Shown here: piece by piece, positions 10,719-20,437 of the stretch
Layout of the letters: every line of letters starts with the position of its first letter
How positions within the stretch are numbered: position 1 is the stretch's first letter
DNA from: a phage
Sequence record: PX915678.1
Strand: one strand, 5' to 3'
DNA length: 64,000 nt
Program-made: the position numbers and the translations under genes
The notes under the pieces: model-generated
What the model saw: only the letters and a program-made list of their open reading frames with translations
The model's database searches: none
What the model was told of the DNA's origin: nothing

Positions 10719-11001
10719 TCATATCCTCAATCTGCGATCTAGTAGTCTTCCAAAGAATACTAATGAGTTCATCGTTATATGGCTGTTTTAGAATATCCCG
10801 ACTTTTCTTGATAGCATATTCGTATTGAGCAAAATTATTGTTTTCAGCTGCAATCTGAGCGTGCTTATAAAGACGGTTCAGTTCGCGTTTATTTTTAGAC
10901 AATAACTTATTTGCTTTTCTTTCTGCTTCAAGACGGTTCTTTTCTTCAATAGAAGAAATAAGCTTTTCCACTTCATCATTAATTTCGGGTTTATCAGTCA
11001 T
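10684..11001 (-). CDS. hypothetical protein (coiled-coil)
   Basis: 105-aa ORF, charged heptad-rich. Confidence 0.5.
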   Translation of the reverse strand: MTDKPEINDEVEKLISSIEEKNRLEAERKANKLLSKNKRELNRLYKHAQIAAENNNFAQYEYAIKKSRDILKQPYNDELISILWKTTRSQIEDMIDAYTRKIQAS

Positions 11002-11002
11002 A

Positions 11003-11221
11003 TTATTTCTCTAATATAAAATAAAAATCATCATCTGTTAAATGATACCGATAGTTTAATTCTACACCATTAGATTTAAAAGCGGTATCATACGGATTTT
11101 CTGGATCAATATCAATGTCAAGAGCTAAAACTTCCCTGAGATACATTTTAAGTAAATAGGGAATAGCTTCAACTTCAGGTATTTCTTCCAAGAATCCGGA
11201 GAGGTTAATCGTTAGCCTCAT
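11003..11221 (-). CDS. hypothetical protein
   Basis: 72-aa ORF immediately downstream of gene 55. Confidence 0.5.
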
Positions 11222-11762
11222 ATAAAAAATCCAAACTAGGAGAATCGTCTACAACACTTTTCTTTTCAGCCCCCGGTGTTCTATAGGTTGATTCTTCGTA
11301 ATGCGTCATTTTATCGTAGATGTCTTGAATAAAAGTTTCATCTACTAACGCAACCATATCGTCGTCACGACTGTCATAGACATTGTGAACGAAGTAACTG
11401 TATTTCTTTGCAACTTCCTTACGTTCTTTTTTAATACGTTGGACGAATGCATTAAAACAAGCTTGAGTTATATATGCATGTGGGTTTTTATATTTCGTTT
11501 CATCAAAATTATGAAGCCCCTTAATAGAAGCTTCTATACCATCTGCAATCATTTCTTGTTTCCAGGATTGGGTGTATCCTGAAAAGTTGAAACGTTTAGA
11601 TAAGCCTTCTGCAATAAGCATAATGGCTAATCCGATAGTATCATTCTGACGAACTACTTTATTTGGGTCTTTATTATTTGCTAATTCTGTTTTCCAATCA
11701 ATAATAGCTTGTAAAAGCTCTTTATTGTTTACGTAATTATATTTAGGCTTAGTTTCTGACAT
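11205..11762 (-). CDS. 55: late sigma factor gp55
   Basis: From ATG at 11762: [36 protein letters not shown]..., recognised as T4 gp55 (185 aa). Confidence 0.9.
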
Positions 11763-11840
11763 TTTCACCTCTTAGCTCAATTCATAGATCTATTATATCA
11801 TAATATTTGAAGATCTATCTTAAAGCATAGAGGATATCAG

Positions 11841-12110
11841 TTATCTAAGTAAGCAGTATGCTTGGAACACTTTTTCCATCATCTTTTTAAATTCATGAAT
11901 ATCTATATAATGACTAGTTAAATCAGCATGATATAAAAAGTCTAAAAACTTTTCATGTGTGCTAGCATATTCACTTTCATTTAATTCAGAAACATGGCTT
12001 TCCCAATATCCAACACCAGTCTTATTTGGGAAAAATGAAATTTTCATGTATTGATCAACATAGAAAATGCCATAATTTTCAATAGTAATAGAAATATTAA
12101 TAAATTTCAT
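11841..12110 (-). CDS. hypothetical protein
   Basis: 89-aa ORF upstream of 55. Confidence 0.45.
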   Translation of the reverse strand: MKFINISITIENYGIFYVDQYMKISFFPNKTGVGYWESHVSELNESEYASTHEKFLDFLYHADLTSHYIDIHEFKKMMEKVFQAYCLLR

Positions 12111-12328
12111 GCATTCATCAACTTAGCCGCTTCAAGAGCTGCATCTAGTGAATCAAACTGGTCAACGTATTCAATCAATTCGCCATAATTAGCGTATAAC
12201 CACCATTGGCTAAATTCATACTCAAGGATGAATCCATTTCCTTCAATTTGAGTTAAACCAATGCCATTTGTATTTACTTCATATCCGGCAAGACGCAAAT
12301 CGTTAATAAGAGCTTCGTTCATATTCAC
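12107..12328 (-). CDS. hypothetical protein
   Basis: 73-aa ORF with 4-nt overlap to neighbours. Confidence 0.5.
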   Translation of the reverse strand: MNMNEALINDLRLAGYEVNTNGIGLTQIEGNGFILEYEFSQWWLYANYGELIEYVDQFDSLDAALEAAKLMNA

Positions 12329-12651
12329 ACCTTAGCAATTTTCAGATCAGCAAATTTTTTCTTGCGTTGATTTTTCATACGACGAATAGTTTTATCGGAA
12401 ATTTCATGCTTTTGATAAGCTTTAGATTCTACACCAAAAGCTTTAACATCAAATTCTGACAAGATATATTGAACCAACAATTCGCGGACAGTATTGCGTC
12501 CAATCTTCTGATCGTTCTGTTTCATCGTCTGATGAAGCTCTTTTTCCCATTTATCCAAAATTTGAGGAGTTACAATATCACCTTTTTCTAGCAAAGAAAC
12601 TACTTTATCATATGCATAAGAATTGATGGCGTTTTTAATTTGAATAGTCAT
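12325..12651 (-). CDS. hypothetical protein
   Basis: 108-aa ORF, basic C-terminus. Confidence 0.5.
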   Translation of the reverse strand: MTIQIKNAINSYAYDKVVSLLEKGDIVTPQILDKWEKELHQTMKQNDQKIGRNTVRELLVQYILSEFDVKAFGVESKAYQKHEISDKTIRRMKNQRKKKFADLKIAKV

Positions 12652-12689
12652 ACATTATCCTCAATTACATTAAAATTTTATTATCCAAA

Positions 12690-12705
12690 AAGGGCCGAAG
12701 CCCTT
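12690..12705 (-). terminator. GC stem-loop (AAGGGC-UUCG-GCCCUU)
   Basis: Inverted repeat aagggccgaagccctt overlapping end of ORF 12704-12904. Confidence 0.4.
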
Positions 12706-12904
12706 AGCTAAACTGTTTGGCACCCTTCCAGCCTTCGTACATCATTGCGGCTGATATTAATATTGCTCCTGCGCATTTTGAATATTTGTGATTCCAAAAC
12801 CAGTTCAGAAAAACTTCGTCATCAATACCCTGGGCTATCATATTTTCAAAGAACTGGCGACGAGCTTCAGCAATTCGTTGCGATAATTTAGATTCAGGAT
12901 TCAT
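12704..12904 (-). CDS. hypothetical protein
   Basis: 66-aa ORF. Confidence 0.45.
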   Translation of the reverse strand: MNPESKLSQRIAEARRQFFENMIAQGIDDEVFLNWFWNHKYSKCAGAILISAAMMYEGWKGAKQFS

Positions 12905-13120
12905 TTAAATTTTCCAATTACCGTTTTCATCAATAAATTTAATCCAGTCATTTACTGACCACTTGGTCGTATCGCCTTTTGGAGCAACATTTAAAGTGTA
13001 TAATCCTTGTTTAAAAAGCATGCGTTTGATATTCATATTTTCCTCAGCTATAACGATAACACTCGTTTGATTTACGCTTAGCAACTCGTTGAGAAGTATT
13101 GTAATCAAAATCATCGTCAA
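12905..13120 (-). CDS. hypothetical protein
   Basis: 71-aa ORF. Confidence 0.45.
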   Translation of the reverse strand: MTMILITILLNELLSVNQTSVIVIAEENMNIKRMLFKQGLYTLNVAPKGDTTKWSVNDWIKFIDENGNWKI

Positions 13121-13336
13121 TGTAAACTGATTTTTTCAACTTTCTTACTTCACCACGTAATTGGCGATTTAGCTCATCTTTAACTTCTGAATCAATGCCT
13201 TTCATTCTACGCCATTTATCAGAGCGAAAAATGTTTTCGACCATATCTTTATGACTTACACCATCAGGAGCTTTACGCTTTCCGAAATAGTCATAATCAC
13301 GTACTTTTAAATCTTTACGACGATACGTTTTACCCA
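13044..13336 (-). CDS. hypothetical basic protein
   Basis: ORF probably starting MGKTYRRKDLK... (ATG overlapping upstream stop); Lys/Arg-rich. Confidence 0.45.
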
Positions 13337-13506
13337 TGGAGTTTAATTTCCTTAGCAACTGAACTAAATACAGCACGATCGCAAATCATCTGTTTATTCC
13401 ATTTAAGTACAGTATAATGAACATCTAGATCATCTACTGCTGTAACAATAACAATATGTCCGTTAACACGATAATACTGATCTCTTTTAATCTCTTTATC
13501 AACCAT
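13329..13506 (-). CDS. hypothetical small protein (58 aa, below ORF-track cutoff)
   Basis: Manual translation MVDKEIKRDQYYRVNGHIVIVTAVDDLDVHYTVLKWNKQMICDRAVFSSVAKEIKLHG; SD GAGGA; directly downstream of early promoter. Confidence 0.4.
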
Positions 13507-13534
13507 ATCAAATCCTCAAAGGCAATTCATATGT

Positions 13535-13585
13535 TAATAATACCACAGTTTGAACTTGTTGTAAACAACTTTGTGAAAATTATTT
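13535..13585 (-). promoter_or_regulatory. T4 early-type promoter
   Basis: mRNA-sense AAAATAATTTTCACAAAGTTGTTTACAACAAGTTCAAACTGTGGTATTATT: UP element, -35 GTTTAC, -10 TATTAT. Confidence 0.6.
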
Positions 13586-13586
13586 T

Positions 13587-13612
13587 AGGGAACGATAAGA
13601 AGGGAACGATAG
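13587..13612 (-). repeat. tandem direct repeat GGGAACGATA x2 (4-nt spacer)
   Basis: gggaacgataagaagggaacgata between nrdH terminator and early promoter. Confidence 0.6.
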
Positions 13613-13647
13613 CTTAGAATGGTAATATACAGAATGTGAGAAAGAAA

Positions 13648-13660
13648 GGCCCAGAGGGCC
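13648..13660 (-). terminator. stem-loop GGCCC-AGA-GGGCC followed by U-rich tract
   Basis: Directly 3' of nrdH stop; mRNA GGGCCCUCUGGGCCUUUCUUUCUC. Confidence 0.5.
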
Positions 13661-13664
13661 CGTC

Positions 13665-13973
13665 TTAATCTTCTATGATATCTCTATCATATCCAAGTGA
13701 AATGAGAGTTTCTTTGAAGTGTTTAATATTCTTTTGTCTAGAATCATTGATGAAAATGACTGGATAACGAATGTTAAGAGATGTGAATCCAGCGCGTTTA
13801 GCAAGAGATACAATCAGTGGACGATCATACTCAATCTTACCATTATTTGTAAGAACTTTATAGAAAGTAAAAGGAGCATTGAGCTCCTTTAGAAGTTTTG
13901 TAACTGATTGACATCCAGGACAACGACCTACTTCATCTGGAATTCCATAGACTTCAATCTTGTTCTGTTTCAC
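13665..13973 (-). CDS. nrdH: glutaredoxin-like protein NrdH
   Basis: 102-aa ORF with CPGC redox motif, upstream of nrdG/nrdD. Confidence 0.75.
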   Translation of the reverse strand: MKQNKIEVYGIPDEVGRCPGCQSVTKLLKELNAPFTFYKVLTNNGKIEYDRPLIVSLAKRAGFTSLNIRYPVIFINDSRQKNIKHFKETLISLGYDRDIIED

Positions 13974-13975
13974 AA

Positions 13976-14188
13976 CTATTCCTTACTAAGAGCAGAATTC
14001 AGCTTATTAGTAATTTTATCCAGACGCTCATTGAACTCGCTAGAAGACAGTCCTTTTTCTGGAGAAATCAAACTAATCACGAAAAATATAGCAATAAAAG
14101 GAATAAGGAAAATAGCTCCAACTGCCATAAACAGAAAGAATGTTACAGTTGTAAGAAAATCAGCTAAACCTTTGCGAAATTTATACAT
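13976..14188 (-). CDS. small membrane protein
   Basis: 70-aa ORF with one strongly hydrophobic segment (FFLFMAVGAIFLIPFIAIFFVISLI). Confidence 0.5.
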   Translation of the reverse strand: MYKFRKGLADFLTTVTFFLFMAVGAIFLIPFIAIFFVISLISPEKGLSSSEFNERLDKITNKLNSALSKE

Positions 14189-14303
14189 ATTTTACCCTTA
14201 ATTGATTAACCAAGCATTGATAAGCACTAAACTATATTGCGAATAAAATTCTGGACCAAAATGAAAAATCATATCATTTATAGTGTCCATAATATAATTC
14301 AAT

Positions 14304-14774
14304 TTAATCATGTTTCCACACCCCATCGGTATTTGACCAAAGTCGCTGATTATCTGATCCTCGCCACAGCTTTTTAGTCGGAAGATTTTTCTCATACTTC
14401 CCATCAATAATAACATCAACATATTTAAGCATTTCTAGTTGTTTAATATCTTCAAATTTATATCCTGTCCACAACCAAATGCTTTTATTTGGATAAAGAT
14501 TTTTTACTGTTTGAACAATGCAATGAACAACATCTCGGTTATCAGGATAGAGAGGGTCTCCTCCAGTTATAGTTAATCCTTCTATATAATCATTATTCAA
14601 ACATTCAATTAATTGTTCCAGCGTTTCACCAGTGAATGGAACACCGTTTCTAGCATTCCATGTTGATTTATTATAACATCCTTCGCATTTATGCAAACAA
14701 CCTGTAACGAAAAGAACGACCCTGCATCCAGGGCCATTCACAAAATCACAGGGATAAAATCTATCATAATTCAT
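14304..14774 (-). CDS. nrdG: anaerobic ribonucleotide reductase activase NrdG
   Basis: 156-aa ORF with radical-SAM Cys cluster CLHKCEGC; directly downstream of nrdD. Confidence 0.88.
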   Translation of the reverse strand: MNYDRFYPCDFVNGPGCRVVLFVTGCLHKCEGCYNKSTWNARNGVPFTGETLEQLIECLNNDYIEGLTITGGDPLYPDNRDVVHCIVQTVKNLYPNKSIWLWTGYKFEDIKQLEMLKYVDVIIDGKYEKNLPTKKLWRGSDNQRLWSNTDGVWKHD

Positions 14775-16588
14775 TGGTGTTTAACCCTATGCATGATTTC
14801 TTTATTTTTGCCGAGATTAAATCCGCGTTCATTCGGATTTCCCAAATAACCACAAGTTCTTCTTATTGTGTTCATCTTTTTAGGATCAGTTTCTCCACAA
14901 ATAGAACAAACAAACCCGTTTTCAGTAGGAGTCATTTCATGGGTACTTCCACACGTAAAACATTTATCTACTGGCATGTTAACACCAAAATAATCTAAAT
15001 GTTGTGCAGCATAATCCCATACAGCCTCAAGACCTTTTAGGTTATTTTTCATATCAGGAAGTTCAACATAAGAAATGTGACCACCTGTCGCAATGAAATG
15101 ATATGGAGCTTCGCGAGAAATCTTTTCAAACGGAGTAATATTTTCTTCTACTGAAACATGGAAACTATTAGTGTACCAGCCTTTATCAGTAACATCTTTT
15201 ACACTTCCATATTTTTCAGTATCAAGTTTACAGAAGCGATAACAAAGGTTTTCAGCAGGAGTAGAATACAAGCTAAAAGCAAAACCGGTTCTTTCAGTCC
15301 ACTGCTTAAGACGAGCATTCATTTTAGTTAAAATTTCCTGTCCAATATCACGACCGACAAGAATATTCAATTCGTGAATACCAATGTATCCTAGGGACAC
15401 TGAACTTCTACCGTTTTTAAATAACTCAATTATGTCGTCATCAGGTTTAAGACGAACCCCGAATGCACCTTCTTGGTAAAGAATAGGAGCAACAGTCGCT
15501 TTAACTCCTTTTAAGGAACTAATTCTACACATTAAAGCTTCAAAACATAAATCCATTCGCTCATTGAACAATTCGGCAAATTTCTGTTCATTGAATTGTG
15601 TTCCAATATAAGAATCTAACGCAATACGAGGAAGATTCAGTGTTACAACACCAAGATTATTACGTCCATCAAGAATTTCATTACCAGTCGAATCTTTCCA
15701 TACGCTTAAGAAACTACGGCAACCCATTGGAGAAACAGGAATAGATGAACCAGTGATAGCTTTATTGTTCTTAGCTGAAATAATATCAGGATACATTCTT
15801 TTGCTTGCACACTCTAGAGCAAGCTGCTTAATATCATAGTTCGGATCATCTTTATAAAGATTAACACCTTCTTCAACGAACATAACAAGCTTAGGGAAAA
15901 TAGGAGTTATCCCATCGCGACCAAGACCTTTAATACGATTTTTCAGAATTGCTTTCTGAATCATTCGTTCAGTCCAGTCAGTTCCCGTACCAAATGTAAT
16001 TGTTACAAAAGGCGTTTGTCCGTTTGAACTAAAAAGAGTATTTAGTTCATATTCATAAGCTTGGAATGCATCGTATACGTCTTTTTCTGTTTTAGATTGG
16101 GCATAATTCAACGCATCAGCGATTTGCCATTTTTCTGCATCCTCAATATGTTTTGCATAGGTGCGTTTAACATAAGGAGAAAGTACTTTATCTACATTCG
16201 CAAAAGTCGTTCCGCCATATTGATGGGAAGCAACCTGTGCAGTAATTTGTGCCATAATTGCAGTAGCAACGCCGATTGATTTAGGAGTTTCAATCTGTGC
16301 ATTGCCGAGCTTAAATCCGTTTTCAAGCATTCCTTTTAAATCTACTAAACAACAATTAGTAAATGGAAGAGCAGGGGAATAATCAATATCGTGGAAATGG
16401 ATAATTCCGCTTTCATGCGCTTTCATAATAAAAGACGGGACCATATTTTTGGCAATGTGTTTAGACACAATACCAGCCATAAGGTCCCGTTGAGTTGGAA
16501 AAACACGAGAATCTTTATTAGCATTCTCGTTTAAAAGGTCTTTATTAGTTTTATGAATCAATCCTTCAATTTCTTTTTCAATTGTCAT
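14771..16588 (-). CDS. nrdD: anaerobic ribonucleotide reductase NrdD (uninterrupted)
   Basis: 605-aa continuous ORF; C-terminal Zn-ribbon CFTCGS...CSICG and glycyl-radical motif RTCGYLG. Confidence 0.92.
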   Translation of the reverse strand: MTIEKEIEGLIHKTNKDLLNENANKDSRVFPTQRDLMAGIVSKHIAKNMVPSFIMKAHESGIIHFHDIDYSPALPFTNCCLVDLKGMLENGFKLGNAQIETPKSIGVATAIMAQITAQVASHQYGGTTFANVDKVLSPYVKRTYAKHIEDAEKWQIADALNYAQSKTEKDVYDAFQAYEYELNTLFSSNGQTPFVTITFGTGTDWTERMIQKAILKNRIKGLGRDGITPIFPKLVMFVEEGVNLYKDDPNYDIKQLALECASKRMYPDIISAKNNKAITGSSIPVSPMGCRSFLSVWKDSTGNEILDGRNNLGVVTLNLPRIALDSYIGTQFNEQKFAELFNERMDLCFEALMCRISSLKGVKATVAPILYQEGAFGVRLKPDDDIIELFKNGRSSVSLGYIGIHELNILVGRDIGQEILTKMNARLKQWTERTGFAFSLYSTPAENLCYRFCKLDTEKYGSVKDVTDKGWYTNSFHVSVEENITPFEKISREAPYHFIATGGHISYVELPDMKNNLKGLEAVWDYAAQHLDYFGVNMPVDKCFTCGSTHEMTPTENGFVCSICGETDPKKMNTIRRTCGYLGNPNERGFNLGKNKEIMHRVKHQ

Positions 16589-17058
16589 TTTAAACTCTTT
16601 CTAAGCTGCTTCTTAAATGAAGCTATTAATTGTGTTTTGGTGTCAGATTCATTATATTCAAATCCTCTTTGAAGCATCTCAGCCATCATTTCCTCTTTTC
16701 CTAAACGAGAAAATTCCTTTGATTTATCTCCAACGAAGTTAGGGTGAATATTATTTTGGGTGTAATCGGATTTTAAATAAGTAAGTAAATTTTCTAGCCA
16801 TTCAAGATAATCAACACCTTGTCCCTTTAAGCCAGAACGATTAAATTTGTGTTTCATTTGACCTTCCGCAGCATTGCAGAGATTACAGAGCAATCCACGT
16901 ACCTTTCCTGCTTTTGGTCCATTTAATTCATGGTCATGGTCGAGGTGATTAGCTTGAACATCAGGATTTAGTTCTCGTTGGCAAATTAAGCATTTACCGT
17001 TTTGTGCATTATAAAATTTTTGTTTTTCTTCTTTGTATAATTTGCCAGTCAATAACAT
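16585..17058 (-). CDS. 49: endonuclease VII (Holliday junction resolvase) gp49
   Basis: 157-aa ORF MLLTGKLYKEEKQKFYNAQNGKCLICQRELNPDVQANHLDHDHE..., Cys/His-rich; position after nrdD. Confidence 0.88.
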   Translation of the reverse strand: MLLTGKLYKEEKQKFYNAQNGKCLICQRELNPDVQANHLDHDHELNGPKAGKVRGLLCNLCNAAEGQMKHKFNRSGLKGQGVDYLEWLENLLTYLKSDYTQNNIHPNFVGDKSKEFSRLGKEEMMAEMLQRGFEYNESDTKTQLIASFKKQLRKSLK

Positions 17059-17100
17059 AATAAAACCCTTACCTTGAATAGATAAGGGTATTTATTATTT

Positions 17101-17277
17101 TCAAGTATTGTAAAACATTCGATGCAATCGCTTATATTGCCGAATCATCTTTTTAGTAGGTCGAACATAAGTTCCTACACAAGTGGTCATATTAGAGTCG
17201 GTAGGACTTCCTTTAATAAAAAGTTTCCAAACCTTACCACCATTTAACTTTTCAGTATAAATTAATTCGGTTTTCAT
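17101..17277 (-). CDS. hypothetical small protein (58 aa, below ORF-track cutoff)
   Basis: Manual translation MKTELIYTEKLNGGKVWKLFIKGSPTDSNMTTCVGTYVRPTKKMIRQYKRLHRMFYNT; start overlaps upstream stop (TAATG). Confidence 0.3.
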   Translation of the reverse strand: MKTELIYTEKLNGGKVWKLFIKGSPTDSNMTTCVGTYVRPTKKMIRQYKRLHRMFYNT

Positions 17278-17741
17278 TAAAACGCTCGGTCAGAAAAAGA
17301 ATTTTGAGTTTCAAGCCATTCAATATATTCTGCCGCAGCTTGCATTAAATTTCCTTCATAACCATCGTTATTTTCTTGTGCAGCTAATTTAGCTAATGCG
17401 TATGAAATACGTTCACCTTGAAAAGCGGCTTCAGGTTTCCGAATAACTTGACTAGTTCGTTCTACAACTTCTTCAATTTCGCCATTTTCTACTGATTCAG
17501 TATTCCACAAGCACCAATACGTAATTGGCTTATCGTAAATGTTAATAATCTTTCCATCAGAAAGTTCAATTTCAATAATTCCAGTATCAGGTTCTATATC
17601 ATCTTCGCATTCTTTTGTAAGTTCACGAACTTTAAAGACAGTACCTGCACTAAGTTCCGGCCAATAATTACACAGCCCTTTATCAGCACGATTAATTCTA
17701 AACCACTTATCTACTGTAATCATGTCCCATCTCCATATCAA
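17277..17741 (-). CDS. hypothetical protein (position of T4 pin, identity not confirmed)
   Basis: 154-aa ORF between 49 and nrdC block. Confidence 0.45.
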   Translation of the reverse strand: MIWRWDMITVDKWFRINRADKGLCNYWPELSAGTVFKVRELTKECEDDIEPDTGIIEIELSDGKIINIYDKPITYWCLWNTESVENGEIEEVVERTSQVIRKPEAAFQGERISYALAKLAAQENNDGYEGNLMQAAAEYIEWLETQNSFSDRAF

Positions 17742-17846
17742 TTAAGTCATTTATCGTTGGTTCATTATATACTGTTTCTTCATCAGTGTAAACCGGTTCT
17801 TCCGGCTCTGGCTCTACTGTTTCCCATCTAGCCGCCCACCAAGGTT

Positions 17847-18167
17847 TTATAGCGTAATCCATTCTCGTACTGTCTGAGTTACTACACGTTCACGGGGCTC
17901 GACTAGTTCAACAGTCGGAACTGCATAATACCAGTCAGAATGGTAAGAACCTGAGCGAGTTTCATTTACAGACACATGAACGTTATGTTTTGGACTAAAA
18001 TAAATGCACTGACGATATTGGCATTTACCATCTTGCACCCAGTCTTCTATTTCGATAGGTTTAAGATAATCCGAAAAATCGAAATCATAATTTTCTGAAA
18101 ATGCATCATGGTCTTCGATGATTTCACTCAGAACTGCATCAACATCTAATTTATTTTCAATAGTCAT
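17847..18167 (-). CDS. hypothetical protein
   Basis: 106-aa ORF. Confidence 0.45.
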   Translation of the reverse strand: MTIENKLDVDAVLSEIIEDHDAFSENYDFDFSDYLKPIEIEDWVQDGKCQYRQCIYFSPKHNVHVSVNETRSGSYHSDWYYAVPTVELVEPRERVVTQTVREWITL

Positions 18168-18177
18168 TTTTCACCAA

Positions 18178-18387
18178 TTAATTTCGCAATTTATTAAGTT
18201 CTTCATAATCAATCCAGGATTCTAGTCCTGATGGCAAATCAGATTCAATTTCCCAAAGAAGTTCTTCAATTTTCTGAAGACGATCTAATTCTTCAGCAGG
18301 AATAGTAACCATTGACGGAGTTCTTGATGCACTAATATCGTAAATCATATTTATCCCAATTTGACCATACAATCGCCATATTTCCAT
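18178..18387 (-). CDS. hypothetical protein
   Basis: 69-aa ORF. Confidence 0.4.
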   Translation of the reverse strand: MEIWRLYGQIGINMIYDISASRTPSMVTIPAEELDRLQKIEELLWEIESDLPSGLESWIDYEELNKLRN

Positions 18388-18566
18388 TTAGAAATAGACT
18401 TTTCACCATTAGAATAATAAACTTCAAGTTTAGCACGGTTATTTTTAATTTGAATAACCTTGGCTGTCATCAAAGTTCCATACCCATAGTAAACTGCAAC
18501 TTCATCACCTACATATACCGCGCTTCCGCGGTAGTCATGGATATAATCAGTTCCTTCGAGCATCAT
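18351..18566 (-). CDS. hypothetical protein
   Basis: 71-aa ORF overlapping nrdC start. Confidence 0.4.
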   Translation of the reverse strand: MMLEGTDYIHDYRGSAVYVGDEVAVYYGYGTLMTAKVIQIKNNRAKLEVYYSNGEKSISKWKYGDCMVKLG

Positions 18567-18826
18567 TTAAAGTATTCCCGCAATTGGTCAAATCCGCCAA
18601 TATGACTTCCACCAGGAGCAAATACTTGTGGCATCGTCAGTCCAATTTGAGTATCACGACCTAGTTTCGTTAGAAGCTCAGCGATTTTCTCATCATCAAA
18701 AACACCTTTTTCCGGCATAATGTTGATAAATTCAAATGGCTGTTTCTTTACAGTCAAAAGACGTTTTGCATTATCGCAATACACACATTTATGGATGTTG
18801 CTATCATAACCATATACTTTAAACAT
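18563..18826 (-). CDS. nrdC: thioredoxin/glutaredoxin NrdC
   Basis: 87-aa ORF MFKVYGYDSNIHKCVYCDNAKRLL... with CVYC active site. Confidence 0.9.
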   Translation of the reverse strand: MFKVYGYDSNIHKCVYCDNAKRLLTVKKQPFEFINIMPEKGVFDDEKIAELLTKLGRDTQIGLTMPQVFAPGGSHIGGFDQLREYFK

Positions 18827-18827
18827 A

Positions 18828-19070
18828 TTATTCCTTAATTCCTAGTACTTGTTTAAAAGTCTCATCGTAATCAAGACTTTGGCCCGTTTGCTCTTTATGT
18901 TTGTATATAATATCACTTACTTCTGATAGCATATTTTTATATGAACGAGTTAAAGCAGATTTAAGCACGCTGTATCTATCAGGAAATTTACCATGTTCAT
19001 TATAATACGCTATTGCTAATTCGCGGACTGCCTTTTCAGCAATCTCCATATATTCTTTACGCTTTGTCAT
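18828..19070 (-). CDS. hypothetical protein
   Basis: 80-aa ORF. Confidence 0.45.
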   Translation of the reverse strand: MTKRKEYMEIAEKAVRELAIAYYNEHGKFPDRYSVLKSALTRSYKNMLSEVSDIIYKHKEQTGQSLDYDETFKQVLGIKE

Positions 19071-19072
19071 TT

Positions 19073-19462
19073 TTAATCCAAAATATTATTAGGCATTGGT
19101 TGAACACTCGCAAGTTCTTTAAAGAACTCAGTAGAGTCAGGTAATTTAACCATTTCCGGAGCATGCTTGCTAAATTTGTGTTTACAATGACGGCATTTAT
19201 ATTCAAGTTCCGGTTTACGCCAGTTAATCAATTGAACCTGTTCAGTACCGCATTCAGGACAATTAGGAACATTTTTAGAAGCCCTTTCGCGACGTTCAAC
19301 CATAGCTATAATAGCATCCCAGGCTGGAGGTTTAAAGTCTAAATCATCACAACCATGAATCTTTCCACGCATTTCTAAATCGTCTTCTTCACCAGCCATA
19401 ATAATTTTAATTAGACTGGAATTACTTGAAGCTGCAATATCTTCTAATAGACGCTTTTTCAT
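19073..19462 (-). CDS. hypothetical Zn-ribbon protein
   Basis: 129-aa ORF with CPEC...CRHC four-Cys motif. Confidence 0.5.
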   Translation of the reverse strand: MKKRLLEDIAASSNSSLIKIIMAGEEDDLEMRGKIHGCDDLDFKPPAWDAIIAMVERRERASKNVPNCPECGTEQVQLINWRKPELEYKCRHCKHKFSKHAPEMVKLPDSTEFFKELASVQPMPNNILD

Positions 19463-20385
19463 TTCAGTACCTCAATAGCATCACGTAAACCATTTGCTTT
19501 GGCGGTTAAAGCCTTAAGAACTTTAGTATGCTCTTCAATCTGTTTTTCAACTTCAATCAAACGGGCACTGAGATATTCGCGTTCTTCTTTCATAGTATCA
19601 TTCCCATGATTGGGCTTTGGTGCAGATTTAAATTTACTAGGGTCCTTTAACTTAATAACAACTTTAGTTTCAAACAGTGAAAGACCATAATTCGTATTAT
19701 CATCAAAGGATTCAACTACGTCCATTTTAGACAATAACGTACGAAGATTATAAGTCAAAGAACGAATCGTTTTATTATGTTTATTAGCTTCACGCGGTTT
19801 CATATATGGAAGATTTTTATATATTTCATGCGGAGCACAAACAATAATTGACAATTCAAATGGTCCATTCTGTGATGATGGAATGAATTTAGCCGTAACC
19901 CAATCTTTTACATTTACATTAATAGTACGGTCATCGCCATGACAAAACAGTCTACGAGAATGCTTAAAAAGCATATTCACATTATTATTAAATTCGTGTG
20001 AAAACTCACTAGCAAATTTTTCTTTACTATTTTTAGAAAACCATTCTTCTAAATAAGTTCTTTTCACGTCATTAATAATATTAAATGTAACAACATTAGC
20101 ATTTGATACATTAGTCTCAATGTAGCTTGGATACATAAATTTTTTAACATTATTAACAGCTATCACAGAAGATAGTAATCGGGAACGTTTGAACCACTCT
20201 AGCAAAGAACCAAGAGAATGTGAATATGCATTTTGTGTATCTTTACAAATATGGTTTTCCCATCCAATATAGTCTAAAAAATCACGAAGAATATTATTGA
20301 TTACTGCTCTGTGTCCGATCTGATAATTACGGTGTTTAGTAATAAGACTGTCAAAATAATCAATATAATGTTTACGAGTTTTCAT
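19459..20385 (-). CDS. coiled-coil-tailed paralog family protein A
   Basis: 308-aa ORF, N-terminus MKTRKHYIDYFDSLI, C-terminal ~45-aa heptad-rich tail. Confidence 0.6.
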   Translation of the reverse strand: MKTRKHYIDYFDSLITKHRNYQIGHRAVINNILRDFLDYIGWENHICKDTQNAYSHSLGSLLEWFKRSRLLSSVIAVNNVKKFMYPSYIETNVSNANVVTFNIINDVKRTYLEEWFSKNSKEKFASEFSHEFNNNVNMLFKHSRRLFCHGDDRTINVNVKDWVTAKFIPSSQNGPFELSIIVCAPHEIYKNLPYMKPREANKHNKTIRSLTYNLRTLLSKMDVVESFDDNTNYGLSLFETKVVIKLKDPSKFKSAPKPNHGNDTMKEEREYLSARLIEVEKQIEEHTKVLKALTAKANGLRDAIEVLK

Positions 20386-20437
20386 GTTCTTCTCACTTGG
20401 TTAATGATTTATGCTCCGAGCCATCCTTGGCTTTAAA

